From Auanema rhodensis (taxonomy: Eukaryota > Animalia > Nematoda), in contig OZ059897.1 of the NCBI GenBank assembly GCA_964057225.1, forward strand, positions 20,336,001-20,400,000: a stretch of DNA of 64,000 nt. The letters run 5' to 3'. Within the stretch, counting starts at the first letter, position 1. Each line of letters opens with the position of its first letter. This document shows positions 41,501-54,100 of the stretch, piece by piece. The position numbers and the translations under genes were made by a program. Below the pieces are notes generated by a model that worked only from the letters and a program-made list of their open reading frames with translations, ran no database searches and had not been told where the DNA came from.

Positions 41501-44500
41501 ATAAGTGTGAACTTATATCAGTTGATATCTCGGTACATTTTTAAGCTAGCGCAAATCTGATAACACAGATCGACGCAGCTTAAAAATCCGCATCGAATGC
41601 ACTATACTACATGGAAGAACGCTTAATACAGAAATTAGTTATGATCGTTTGAAAAATGATGCATTAGTGTATGTTGAGTTTCCATGTACACTCAACATTG
41701 CTTCCAAAAACATTTTGACAAAAATTTTTTCGAAAAATTTCAGAATAATTTAGCAAAAAGTAGATGTTTTTAGATTCCTTTTTTCAAGGCAAAGACGATG
41801 GACAATGTTATTTAACGAAAAAATTAATTCTTCAGGGTGAAAATCGAGGATAAAAGTGTAAACTTATATCAGTTGATATCTCGGTACATTTTTAAGCTAG
41901 CGCAAATCTGATAACACAGATCGACGCAGCTTAAAAATCCGCATCGAATGCACTATACTACATTGAGAAACGCTTAATACAAAAATTAGTTATGATCGTT
42001 TGAAAAATGATGCATTAGTGTATGTTGAGTTTCCATGTACACTCAACATTGCTTCCAAAAACATTTTGACAAAAATTTTTTCGAAAAATTTCAAAATAAT
42101 TTAGCAAAAAGTAGATGTTTTTAGATTCCTTTTTTCAAGGCAAAGACGATGGACAATGTTATTCAACGAAAAAATTAATTCTTCAGGGTGAAAATCGAGG
42201 ATATAAGTGTGAACTTATATCAGTTGATATCTCGGTGCATTTTTAAGCTAGCGCAAATCTGATAACACAGATCGACGCAGCTTAAAAATCCGCATCGAAT
42301 GCACTATACTACATTGAGAAACGCTTAATACAAAAATTAGTTATGATCGTTTGAAAAATGATGCATTAGTGTATGTTGAGTTTCCATGTACACTCAACAT
42401 TGCTTCCAAAAACATTTTGACAAAAATTTTTTCGAAAAATTTCAAAATAATTTAGCAAAAAGTAGATGTTTTTAGATTCCTTTTTTTAAGGCGAAGACGA
42501 TGGACGATGTTATTCAACGAAAAAATTAATTCTTCAGGGTGAAAATCGAGGATATAAGTGTGAACTTATATCAGTTGATATCTCGGTGCATTTTTAAGCT
42601 AGCGCAAATCTGATAACACAGATCGACGCAGCTTAAAAATCCGCATCGAATGCACTATACTACATGGAAGAACGCTTAATACAAAAATTAGTTATGATCG
42701 TTTGAAAAATGATGCATTAGTGTATGTTGAGTTTCCATGTACACTCAACATTGCTTCCAAAAACATTTTGACAAAAATTTTTTCGAAAAATTTCAAAATA
42801 ATTTAGCGAAAAGTAGATGTTTTTAGATTCCTTTTTTCAAGGCAAAGACGATGGACAATGTTATTCAACGAAAAAATTATTTCTTCAGGGTGAAAATCGA
42901 GGATATAAGTGTGAACTTATATCAGTTGATATCTCGGTGCATTTTTAAGCTAGCGCAAATCTGATAACACAGATCGACGCAGCTTAAAAATCCGCATCGA
43001 ATGCACTATACTACATTAAGAAACGCTTAATACAAAAATTAGTTATGATCGTTTGAAAAATGATGCATTAGTGTATGTTGAGTTTCCATGTACACTCAAC
43101 ATTGCTTCCAAAAACATTTTGACAAAAATTTTTTCGAAAAATTTCAAAATAATTTAGCAAAAAGTAGATGTTTTTAGATTCCTTTTTTTAAGGCAAAGAC
43201 GATGGACGATGTTATTCAACGAAAAAATTAATTCTTCAGGGTGAAAATCGAGGATATAAGTGTGAACTTATATCAGTTGATATCTCGGTGCATTTTTAAG
43301 CTAGCGCAAATCTGATAACACAGATCGACGCAGCTTAAAAATCCGCATCGAATGCACTATACTACATTGAGAAACGCTTAATACAAAAATTAGTTATGAT
43401 CGTTTGAAAAATGATGCATTAGTGTATGTTGAGTTTCCATGTACACTCAACATTGCTTCCAAAAACATTTTGACAAAAATTTTTTCGAAAAATTTCAAAA
43501 TAATTTAGCAAAAAGTAGATGTTTTTAGATTCCTTTTTTTAAGGCGAAGACGATGGACGATGTTATTCAACGAAAAAATTAATTCTTCAGGGTGAAAATC
43601 GAGGATATAAGTGTGAACTTATATCAGTTGATATCTCGGTGCATTTTTAAGCTAGCGCAAATCTGATAACACAGATCGACGCAGCTTAAAAATCCGCATC
43701 GAATGCACTATACTACATGGAAGAACGCTTAATACAAAAATTAGTTATGATCGTTTGAAAAATGATGCATTAGTGTATGTTGAGTTTCCATGTACACTCA
43801 ACATTGCTTCCAAAAACATTTTGACAAAAATTTTTTCGAAAAATTTCAAAATAATTTAGCGAAAAGTAGATGTTTTTAGATTCCTTTTTTCAAGGCAAAG
43901 ACGATGGACAATGTTATTCAACGAAAAAATTATTTCTTCAGGGTGAAAATCGAGGATATAAGTGTGAACTTATATCAGTTGATATCTCGGTGCATTTTTA
44001 AGCTAGCGCAAATCTGATAACACAGATCGACGCAGCTTAAAAATCCGCATCGAATGCACTATACTACATTAAGAAACGCTTAATACAAAAATTAGTTATG
44101 ATCGTTTGAAAAATGATGCATTAGTGTATGTTGAGTTTCCATGTACACTCAACATTGCTTCCAAAAACATTTTGACAAAAATTTTTTCGAAAAATTTCAA
44201 AATAATTTAGCAAAAAGTAGATGTTTTTAGATTCCTTTTTTCAAGGCAAAGACGATGGACAATGTTATTCAACGAAAAAATTAATTCTTCAGGGTGAAAA
44301 TCGAGGATATAAGTGTGAACTTATATCAGTTGATATCTCGGTGCATTTTTAAGCTAGCGCAAATCTGATAACACAGATCGACGCAGCTTAAAAATCCGCA
44401 TCGAATGCACTATACTACATTGAGAAACGCTTAATACAAAAATTAGTTATGATCGTTTGAAAAATGATGCATTAGTGTATGTTGAGTTTCCATGTACACT

Positions 44501-47500
44501 CAACATTGCTTCCAAAAACATTTTGACAAAAATTTTTTCGAAAAATTTCAAAATAATTTAGCAAAAAGTAGATGTTTTTAGATTCCTTTTTTTAAGGCGA
44601 AGACGATGGACGATGTTATTCAACGAAAAAATTAATTCTTCAGGGTGAAAATCGAGGATATAAGTGTGAACTTATATCAGTTGATATCTCGGTGCATTTT
44701 TAAGCTAGCGCAAATCTGATAACACAGATCGACGCAGCTTAAAAATCCGCATCGAATGCACTATACTACATGGAAGAACGCTTAATACAAAAATTAGTTA
44801 TGATCGTTTGAAAAATGATGCATTAGTGTATGTTGAGTTTCCATGTACACTCAACATTGCTTCCAAAAACATTTTGACAAAAATTTTTTCGAAAAATTTC
44901 AAAATAATTTAGCGAAAAGTAGATGTTTTTAGATTCCTTTTTTCAAGGCAAAGACGATGGACAATGTTATTCAACGAAAAAATTATTTCTTCAGGGTGAA
45001 AATCGAGGATATAAGTGTGAACTTATATCAGTTGATATCTCGGTGCATTTTTAAGCTAGCGCAAATCTGATAACACAGATCGACGCAGCTTAAAAATCCG
45101 CATCGAATGCACTATACTACATTAAGAAACGCTTAATACAAAAATTAGTTATGATCGTTTGAAAAATGATGCATTAGTGTATGTTGAGTTTCCATGTACA
45201 CTCAACATTGCTTCCAAAAACATTTTGACAAAAATTTTTTCGAAAAATTTCAAAATAATTTAGCAAAAAGTAGATGTTTTTAGATTCCTTTTTTTAAGGC
45301 AAAGACGATGGACGATGTTATTCAACGAAAAAATTAATTCTTCAGGGTGAAAATCGAGGATATAAGTGTGAACTTATATCAGTTGATATCTCGGTGCATT
45401 TTTAAGCTAGCGCAAATCTGATAACACAGATCGACGCAGCTTAAAAATCCGCATCGAATGCACTATACTACATTGAGAAACGCTTAATACAAAAATTAGT
45501 TATGATCGTTTGAAAAATGATGCATTAGTGTATGTTGAGTTTCCATGTACACTCAACATTGCTTCCAAAAACATTTTGACAAAAATTTTTTCGAAAAATT
45601 TCAAAATAATTTAGCAAAAAGTAGATGTTTTTAGATTCCTTTTTTTAAGGCGAAGACGATGGACGATGTTATTCAACGAAAAAATTAATTCTTCAGGGTG
45701 AAAATCGAGGATATAAGTGTGAACTTATATCAGTTGATATCTCGGTGCATTTTTAAGCTAGCGCAAATCTGATAACACAGATCGACGCAGCTTAAAAATC
45801 CGCATCGAATGCACTATACTACATGGAAGAACGCTTAATACAAAAATTAGTTATGATCGTTTGAAAAATGATGCATTAGTGTATGTTGAGTTTCCATGTA
45901 CACTCAACATTGCTTCCAAAAACATTTTGACAAAAATTTTTTCGAAAAATTTCAAAATAATTTAGCGAAAAGTAGATGTTTTTAGATTCCTTTTTTCAAG
46001 GCAAAGACGATGGACAATGTTATTCAACGAAAAAATTATTTCTTCAGGGTGAAAATCGAGGATATAAGTGTGAACTTATATCAGTTGATATCTCGGTGCA
46101 TTTTTAAGCTAGCGCAAATCTGATAACACAGATCGACGCAGCTTAAAAATCCGCATCGAATGCACTATACTACATTAAGAAACGCTTAATACAAAAATTA
46201 GTTATGATCGTTTGAAAAATGATGCATTAGTGTATGTTGAGTTTCCATGTACACTCAACATTGCTTCCAAAAACATTTTGACAAAAATTTTTTCGAAAAA
46301 TTTCAAAATAATTTAGCAAAAAGTAGATGTTTTTAGATTCCTTTTTTTAAGGCAAAGACGATGGACGATGTTATTCAACGAAAAAATTAATTCTTCAGGG
46401 TGAAAATCGAGGATATAAGTGTGAACTTATATCAGTTGATATCTCGGTGCATTTTTAAGCTAGCGCAAATCTGATAACACAGATCGACGCAGCTTAAAAA
46501 TCCGCATCGAATGCACTATACTACATTGAGAAACGCTTAATACAAAAATTAGTTATGATCGTTTGAAAAATGATGCATTAGTGTATGTTGAGTTTCCATG
46601 TACACTCAACATTGCTTCCAAAAACATTTTGACAAAAATTTTTTCGAAAAATTTCAAAATAATTTAGCAAAAAGTAGATGTTTTTAGATTCCTTTTTTTA
46701 AGGCGAAGACGATGGACGATGTTATTCAACGAAAAAATTAATTCTTCAGGGTGAAAATCGAGGATATAAGTGTGAACTTATATCAGTTGATATCTCGGTG
46801 CATTTTTAAGCTAGCGCAAATCTGATAACACAGATCGACGCAGCTTAAAAATCCGCATCGAATGCACTATACTACATGGAAGAACGCTTAATACAAAAAT
46901 TAGTTATGATCGTTTGAAAAATGATGCATTAGTGTATGTTGAGTTTCCATGTACACTCAACATTGCTTCCAAAAACATTTTGACAAAAATTTTTTCGAAA
47001 AATTTCAAAATAATTTAGCGAAAAGTAGATGTTTTTAGATTCCTTTTTTCAAGGCAAAGACGATGGACAATGTTATTCAACGAAAAAATTATTTCTTCAG
47101 GGTGAAAATCGAGGATATAAGTGTGAACTTATATCAGTTGATATCTCGGTGCATTTTTAAGCTAGCGCAAATCTGATAACACAGATCGACGCAGCTTAAA
47201 AATCCGCATCGAATGCACTATACTACATTAAGAAACGCTTAATACAAAAATTAGTTATGATCGTTTGAAAAATGATGCATTAGTGTATGTTGAGTTTCCA
47301 TGTACACTCAACATTGCTTCCAAAAACATTTTGACAAAAATTTTTTCGAAAAATTTCAAAATAATTTAGCAAAAAGTAGATGTTTTTAGATTCCTTTTTT
47401 CAAGGCAAAGACGATGGACAATGTTATTCAACGAAAAAATTAATTCTTCAGGGTGAAAATCGAGGATATAAGTGTGAACTTATATCAGTTGATATCTCGG

Positions 47501-50101
47501 TACATTTTTAAGCTAGCGCAAATCTGATAACACAGATCGACGCAGCTTAAAAATCCGCATCGAATGCACTATACTACATGGAAGAACGCTTAATACAGAA
47601 ATTAGTTATGATCGTTTGAAAAATGATGCATTAGTGTATGTTGAGTTTCCATGTACACTCAACATTGCTTCCAAAAACATTTTGACAAAAATTTTTTCGA
47701 AAAATTTCAGAATAATTTAGCAAAAAGTAGATGTTTTTAGATTCCTTTTTTCAAGGCAAAGACGATGGACAATGTTATTTAACGAAAAAATTAATTCTTC
47801 AGGGTGAAAATCGAGGATAAAAGTGTAAACTTATATCAGTTGATATCTCGGTACATTTTTAAGCTAGCGCAAATCTGATAACACAGATCGACGCAGCTTA
47901 AAAATCCGCATCGAATGCACTATACTACATTGAGAAACGCTTAATACAAAAATTAGTTATGATCGTTTGAAAAATGATGCATTAGTGTATGTTGAGTTTC
48001 CATGTACACTCAACATTGCTTCCAAAAACATTTTGACAAAAATTTTTTCGAAAAATTTCAAAATAATTTAGCAAAAAGTAGATGTTTTTAGATTCCTTTT
48101 TTCAAGGCAAAGACGATGGACAATGTTATTCAACGAAAAAATTAATTCTTCAGGGTGAAAATCGAGGATATAAGTGTGAACTTATATCAGTTGATATCTC
48201 GGTGCATTTTTAAGCTAGCGCAAATCTGATAACACAGATCGACGCAGCTTAAAAATCCGCATCGAATGCACTATACTACATTGAGAAACGCTTAATACAA
48301 AAATTAGTTATGATCGTTTGAAAAATGATGCATTAGTGTATGTTGAGTTTCCATGTACACTCAACATTGCTTCCAAAAACATTTTGACAAAAATTTTTTC
48401 GAAAAATTTCAAAATAATTTAGCAAAAAGTAGATGTTTTTAGATTCCTTTTTTTAAGGCGAAGACGATGGACGATGTTATTCAACGAAAAAATTAATTCT
48501 TCAGGGTGAAAATCGAGGATATAAGTGTGAACTTATATCAGTTGATATCTCGGTGCATTTTTAAGCTAGCGCAAATCTGATAACACAGATCGACGCAGCT
48601 TAAAAATCCGCATCGAATGCACTATACTACATGGAAGAACGCTTAATACAAAAATTAGTTATGATCGTTTGAAAAATGATGCATTAGTGTATGTTGAGTT
48701 TCCATGTACACTCAACATTGCTTCCAAAAAGATTTTGACAAAAATTTTTTCGAAAAATTTCAAAATAATTTAGCGAAAAGTAGATGTTTTTAGATTCCTT
48801 TTTTCAAGGCAAAGACGATGGACAATGTTATTCAACGAAAAAATTATTTCTTCAGGGTGAAAATCGAGGATATAAGTGTGAACTTATATCAGTTGATATC
48901 TCGGTGCATTTTTAAGCTAGCGCAAATCTGATAACACAGATCGACGCAGCTTAAAAATCCGCATCGAATGCACTATACTACATTAAGAAACGCTTAATAC
49001 AAAAATTAGTTATGATCGTTTGAAAAATGATGCATTAGTGTATGTTGAGTTTCCATGTACACTCAACATTGCTTCCAAAAACATTTTGACAAAAATTTTT
49101 TCGAAAAATTTCAAAATAATTTAGCAAAAAGTAGATGTTTTTAGATTCCTTTTTTCAAGGCAAAGACGATGGACAATGTTATTTAACGAAAAAATTAATT
49201 CTTCAGGGTGAAAATCGAGGATAAAAGTGTAAACTTATATCAGTTGATATCTCGGTACATTTTTAAGCTAGCGCAAATCTGATAACACAGATCGACGCAG
49301 CTTAAAAATCCGCATCGAATGCACTATACTACATGGAAGAACGCTTAATACAAAAATTAGTTATGATCGTTTGAAAAATGATGCATTAGTGTATGTTGAG
49401 TTTCCATGTACACTCAACATTGCTTCCAAAAACATTTTGACAAAAATTTTTTCGAAAAATTTCAAAATAATTTAGCAAAAAGTAGATGTTTTTAGATTTC
49501 TTTTTTCAAGGCAAAGACGATGGACAATGTTATTCAACGAAAAAATTAATTCTTCAGGGTGAAAATCGAGGATATAAGTGTGAACTTATATCAGTTGATA
49601 TCTCGGTGCATTTTTAAGCTAGCGCAAATCTGATAACACAGATCGACGCAGCTTAAAAATCCGCATCGAATGCACTATACTACATGGAAGAACGCTTAAT
49701 ACAAAAATTAGTTATGATCGTTTGAAAAATGATGCATTAGTGTATGTTGAGTTTCCATGTACACTCAACATTGCTTCCAAAAACATTTTGACAAAAATTT
49801 TTTCGAAAAATTTCAAAATAATTTAGCAAAAAGTAGATGTTTTTAGATTCCTTTTTTCAAGGCAAAGACGATGGACAATGTTATTTAACGAAAAAATTAT
49901 TTCTTCAGGGTGAAAATCGAGGATATAAGTGTAAACTTATATCAGTTGATATCTCGGTGCATTTTTAAGCTAGCGCAAATCTGATAACACAGATCGACGC
50001 AGCTTAAAAATCCGCATCGAATGCACTATACTACATTAAGAAACGCTTAATACAAAAATTAGTTATGATCGTTTGAAAAATGATGCATTAGTGTATGTTG
50101 A
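32552..50101. repeat. Large duplicated block: M94-114 (32552-39922) and M118-143 (40976-50101), each with its own internal expansions
   Basis: Colinear diagnostic monomers include [G209A,A305G] followed by [A66G,C136T,T176A,G183A,G209A], and the terminal [C100T] then [C136T,A150T,G183A]. Copy 1 has two extra dimers and copy 2 has three extra trimers (21-4+9=26). Confidence 0.75.
42029..47293. repeat. 3-mer higher-order repeat (1053 bp) x5: M121-M135
   Basis: The cycle is [consensus or C108T,A127G; TTGAGA end] [C108T,A114G,A127G; TGGAAG end] [A78G,A150T; TTAAGA end]. Confidence 0.88.
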
Positions 50102-51154
50102 GTTTCCATGTACACTCAACATTGCTTCCAAAAACATTTTGACAAAAATTTTTTCGAAAAATTTCAAAATAATTTAGCAAAAAGTAGATGTTTTTAGATT
50201 CCTTTTTTCAAGGCAAAGACGATGGACAATGTTATTTAACGAAAAAATTAATTCTTCAGGGTGAAAATCGAGGATAAAAGTGTAAACTTATATCAGTTGA
50301 TATCTCGGTACATTTTTAAGCTAGCGCAAATCTGATAACACAGATCGACGCAGCTTAAAAATCCGCATCGAATGCACTATACTACATTAAGAAACGCTTA
50401 ATACAAAAATTAGTTATGATCGTTTGAAAAATGATGCATTAGTGTATGTTGAGTTTCCATGTACACTCAACATTGCTTCCAAAAACATTTTGACAAAAAT
50501 TTTTTCGAAAAATTTCAAAATAATTTAGCAAAAAGTAGATGTTTTTAGATTCCTTTTTTCAAGGCAAAGACGATGGACAATGTTATTCAACGAAAAAATT
50601 AATTCTTCAGGGTGAAAATCGAGGATATAAGTGTGAACTTATATCAGTTGATATCTCGGTACATTTTTAAGCTAGCGCAAATCTGATAACACAGATCGAC
50701 GCAGCTTAAAAATCCGCATCGAATGCACTATACTACATGGAAGAACGCTTAATACAGAAATTAGTTATGATCGTTTGAAAAATGATGCATTAGTGTATGT
50801 TGAGTTTCCATGTACACTCAACATTGCTTCCAAAAACATTTTGACAAAAATTTTTTCGAAAAATTTCAGAATAATTTAGCAAAAAGTAGATGTTTTTAGA
50901 TTCCTTTTTTCAAGGCAAAGACGATGAACAATGTTATTCAACGAAAAAATTAATTCTTCAGGGTGAAAATCGAGGATATAAGTGTAAACTTATATCAGTT
51001 GATATCTCGGTGCATTTTTAAGCTAGCGCAAATCTGATAACACAGATCGACGCAGCTTAAAAATCCGCATCGAATGCACTATACTACATTAAGAAACGCT
51101 TAATACAAAAATTAGTTATGATCGTTTGAAAAATGATGCATTAGTGTATGTTGA

Positions 51155-54100
51155 GTTTCCATGTACACTCAACATTGCTTCCAAAAACATTTTGACAAAA
51201 ATTTTTTCGAAAAATTTCAAAATAATTTAGCAAAAAGTAGATGTTTTTAGATTCCTTTTTTCAAGGCAAAGACGATGGACAATGTTATTTGACGAAAAAA
51301 TTAATTCTTCAGGGTGAAAATCGAGGATAAATGTGTGAACTTATATCAGTTGATATCTCGGTGCATTTTTAAGCTAGCGCAAATCTGATAACACAGATCG
51401 ACGCAGCTTAAAAATCCGCATCGAATGCACTATACTACATGGAAGAACGCTTAATACAAAAATTAGTTATGATCGTTTGAAAAATGATGCATTAGTGTAT
51501 GTTGAGTTTCCATGTACACTCAACATTGCTTCCAAAAACATTTTGACAAAAATTTTTTCGAAAAATTTCAAAATAATTTAGCAAAAAGTAGATGTTTTTA
51601 GATTCCTTTTTCAAGGCAAAGACAATGGACCATGTTATTCAACGAAAAAATTAATTCTTCAGGGTGAAAATCGAGGATATAAGTGTAAACTTATATCAGT
51701 TGATATCTCGGTGCATTTTTAAGCTAGCGCAAATCTGATAACACAGATCGACGCAGCTTAAAAATCCGCATCGAATGCACTATACTACATTGAGAAACGC
51801 TTAATACAAAAATTAGTTATGATTGTTTGAAAAATGATGCATTAGTGTATGTTGAGTTTCCATGTACACTCAACATTGCTTCCAAAAACATTTTGACAAA
51901 AATTTTTTCGAAAAATTTCAAAATAATTTAGCAAAAAGTAGATGTTTTTAGATTCCTTTTTTCAAGGCAAAGACGATGGACAATGTTATTTGACGAAAAA
52001 ATTAATTCTTCAGGGTGAAAATCGAGGATAAATGTGTGAACTTATATCAGTTGATATCTCGGTGCATTTTTAAGCTAGCGCAAATCTGATAACACAGATC
52101 GACGCAGCTTAAAAATCCGCATCGAATGCACTATACTACATTGAGAAACGCTTAATACAAAAATTAGTTATGATCGTTTGAAAAATGATGCATTAGTGTA
52201 TGTTGAGTTTCCATGTACACTCAACATTGCTTCCAAAAACATTTTGACAAAAATTTTTTCGAAAAATTTCAAAATAATTTAGCAAAAAGTAGATGTTTTT
52301 AGATTCCTTTTTTCAAGGCAAAGACAATGGACCATGTTATTCAACGAAAAAATTAATTCTTCAGGGTGAAAATCGAGGATATAAGTGTGAACTTATATCA
52401 GTTGATATCTCGGTGCATTTTTAAGCTAGCGCAAATCTGATAACACAGATCGACGCAGCTTAAAAATCCGCATCGAATGCACTATACTACATTAAGAAAC
52501 GCTTAATACAAAAATTAGTTATGATCGTTTGAAAAATGATGCATTAGTGTATGTTGAGTTTCCATGTACACTCAACATTGCTTCCAAAAACATTTTGACA
52601 AAAATTTTTTCGAAAAATTTCAAAATAATTCAGCAAAAAGTAGATGTTTTTAGATTCCTTTTTTCAAGGCAAAGACGATGGACAATGTTATTTAACGAAA
52701 AAATTAATTCTTCAGGGTGAAAATCGAGGATAAAACTGTAAACTTATATCAGTTGATATCTCGGTGCATTTTTAAGCTAGCGCAAATCTGATAACACAGA
52801 TCGACGCAGCTTAAAAATCCGCATCGAATGCACTATACTACATTGAGAAACGCTTAATACAAAAATTAGTTATGATCGTTTGAAAAATGATGCATTAGTG
52901 TATGTTGAGTTTCCATGTACACTCAACATTGCTTCCAAAAACATTTTGACAAAAATTTTTTCGAAAAATTTCAAAATAATTTAGCAAAAAGTAGATGTTT
53001 TTAGATTCCTTTTTTCAAGGCAAAGACAATGGACCATGTTATTCAACGAAAAAATTAATTCTTCAGGGTGAAAATCGAGGATATAAGTGTAAACTTATAT
53101 CATTTGATATCTCGGTGCATTTTTAAGCTAGCGCAAATCTGATAACACAGATCGACGCAGCTTAAAAATCCGCATCGAATGCACTATACTACATTGAGAA
53201 ACGCTTAATACAAAAATTAGTTATGATCGTTTGAAAAATGATGCATTAGTGTATGTTGAGTTTCCATGTACACTCAACATTGCTTCCAAAAACATTTTGA
53301 CAAAAATTTTTTCGAAAAATTTCAAAATAAGTTAGCAAAAAGTAGATGTTTTTAGATTCCTTTTTTCAAGGCAAAGACGATGGACAATGTTATTTAACGA
53401 AAAAATTAATTCTTCAGGGTGAAAATCGAGGATATAAGTGTAAACTTATATCAGTTGATATCTCGGTGCATTTTTAAGCTAGCGCAAATCTGATAACACA
53501 GATCGACGCAGCTTAAAAATCCGCATCGTGTGCACTATACTACATTGAAAAACGCTTAATACAAAAATTAGTTATGATCGTTTGAAAAATGATGCATTAG
53601 TGTATGTTGAGTTTCCATGTACACTCAACATTGCTTCCAAAAACATTTTGACAAAAATTTTTTCGAAAAATTTCAAAATAATTTAGCAAAAAGTAGATGT
53701 TTTTAGATTCCTTTTTTCAAGGCAAAGACGATGGACCATGTTATTCAACGAAAAAATTAATTCTTCAGGGTGAAAATCGAGGATATAAGTGTGAACTTAT
53801 ATCAGTTGAAATCTCGGTGCATTTTTAAGCTAGCGCAAATCTGATAACACAGATCGACGCAGCTTAAAAATCCGCATCGAATGCACTATACTACATTAAG
53901 AAACGCTTAATACAAAAATTAGTTATGATCGTTTGAAAAATGATGCATTAGTGTATGTTGAGTTTCCATGTACACTCAACATTGCTTCCAAAAACATTTT
54001 GACAAAAATTTTTTCGAAAAATTTCAAAATAAGTTAGCAAAAAGTAGATGTTTTTAGATTCCTTTTTTCAAGGCAAAGACGATGGACAATGTTATTTAAC

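Noticed and set aside
3129-52720. Nine 63-aa ORFs (MKNDALVYVEF...) at 3129, 3830, 8040, 10761, 14622, 17430, 22695, 23748 and 52529
   Set aside because: They start at TTG and exist only where T74A (8 copies) or T74C (1 copy) removes the TAG at codon 35 found in the other ~173 monomers. The K/F/I/N-rich sequence reflects A/T tracts and has no recognisable domain. Two independent stop-removing changes at one site are compatible with chance.
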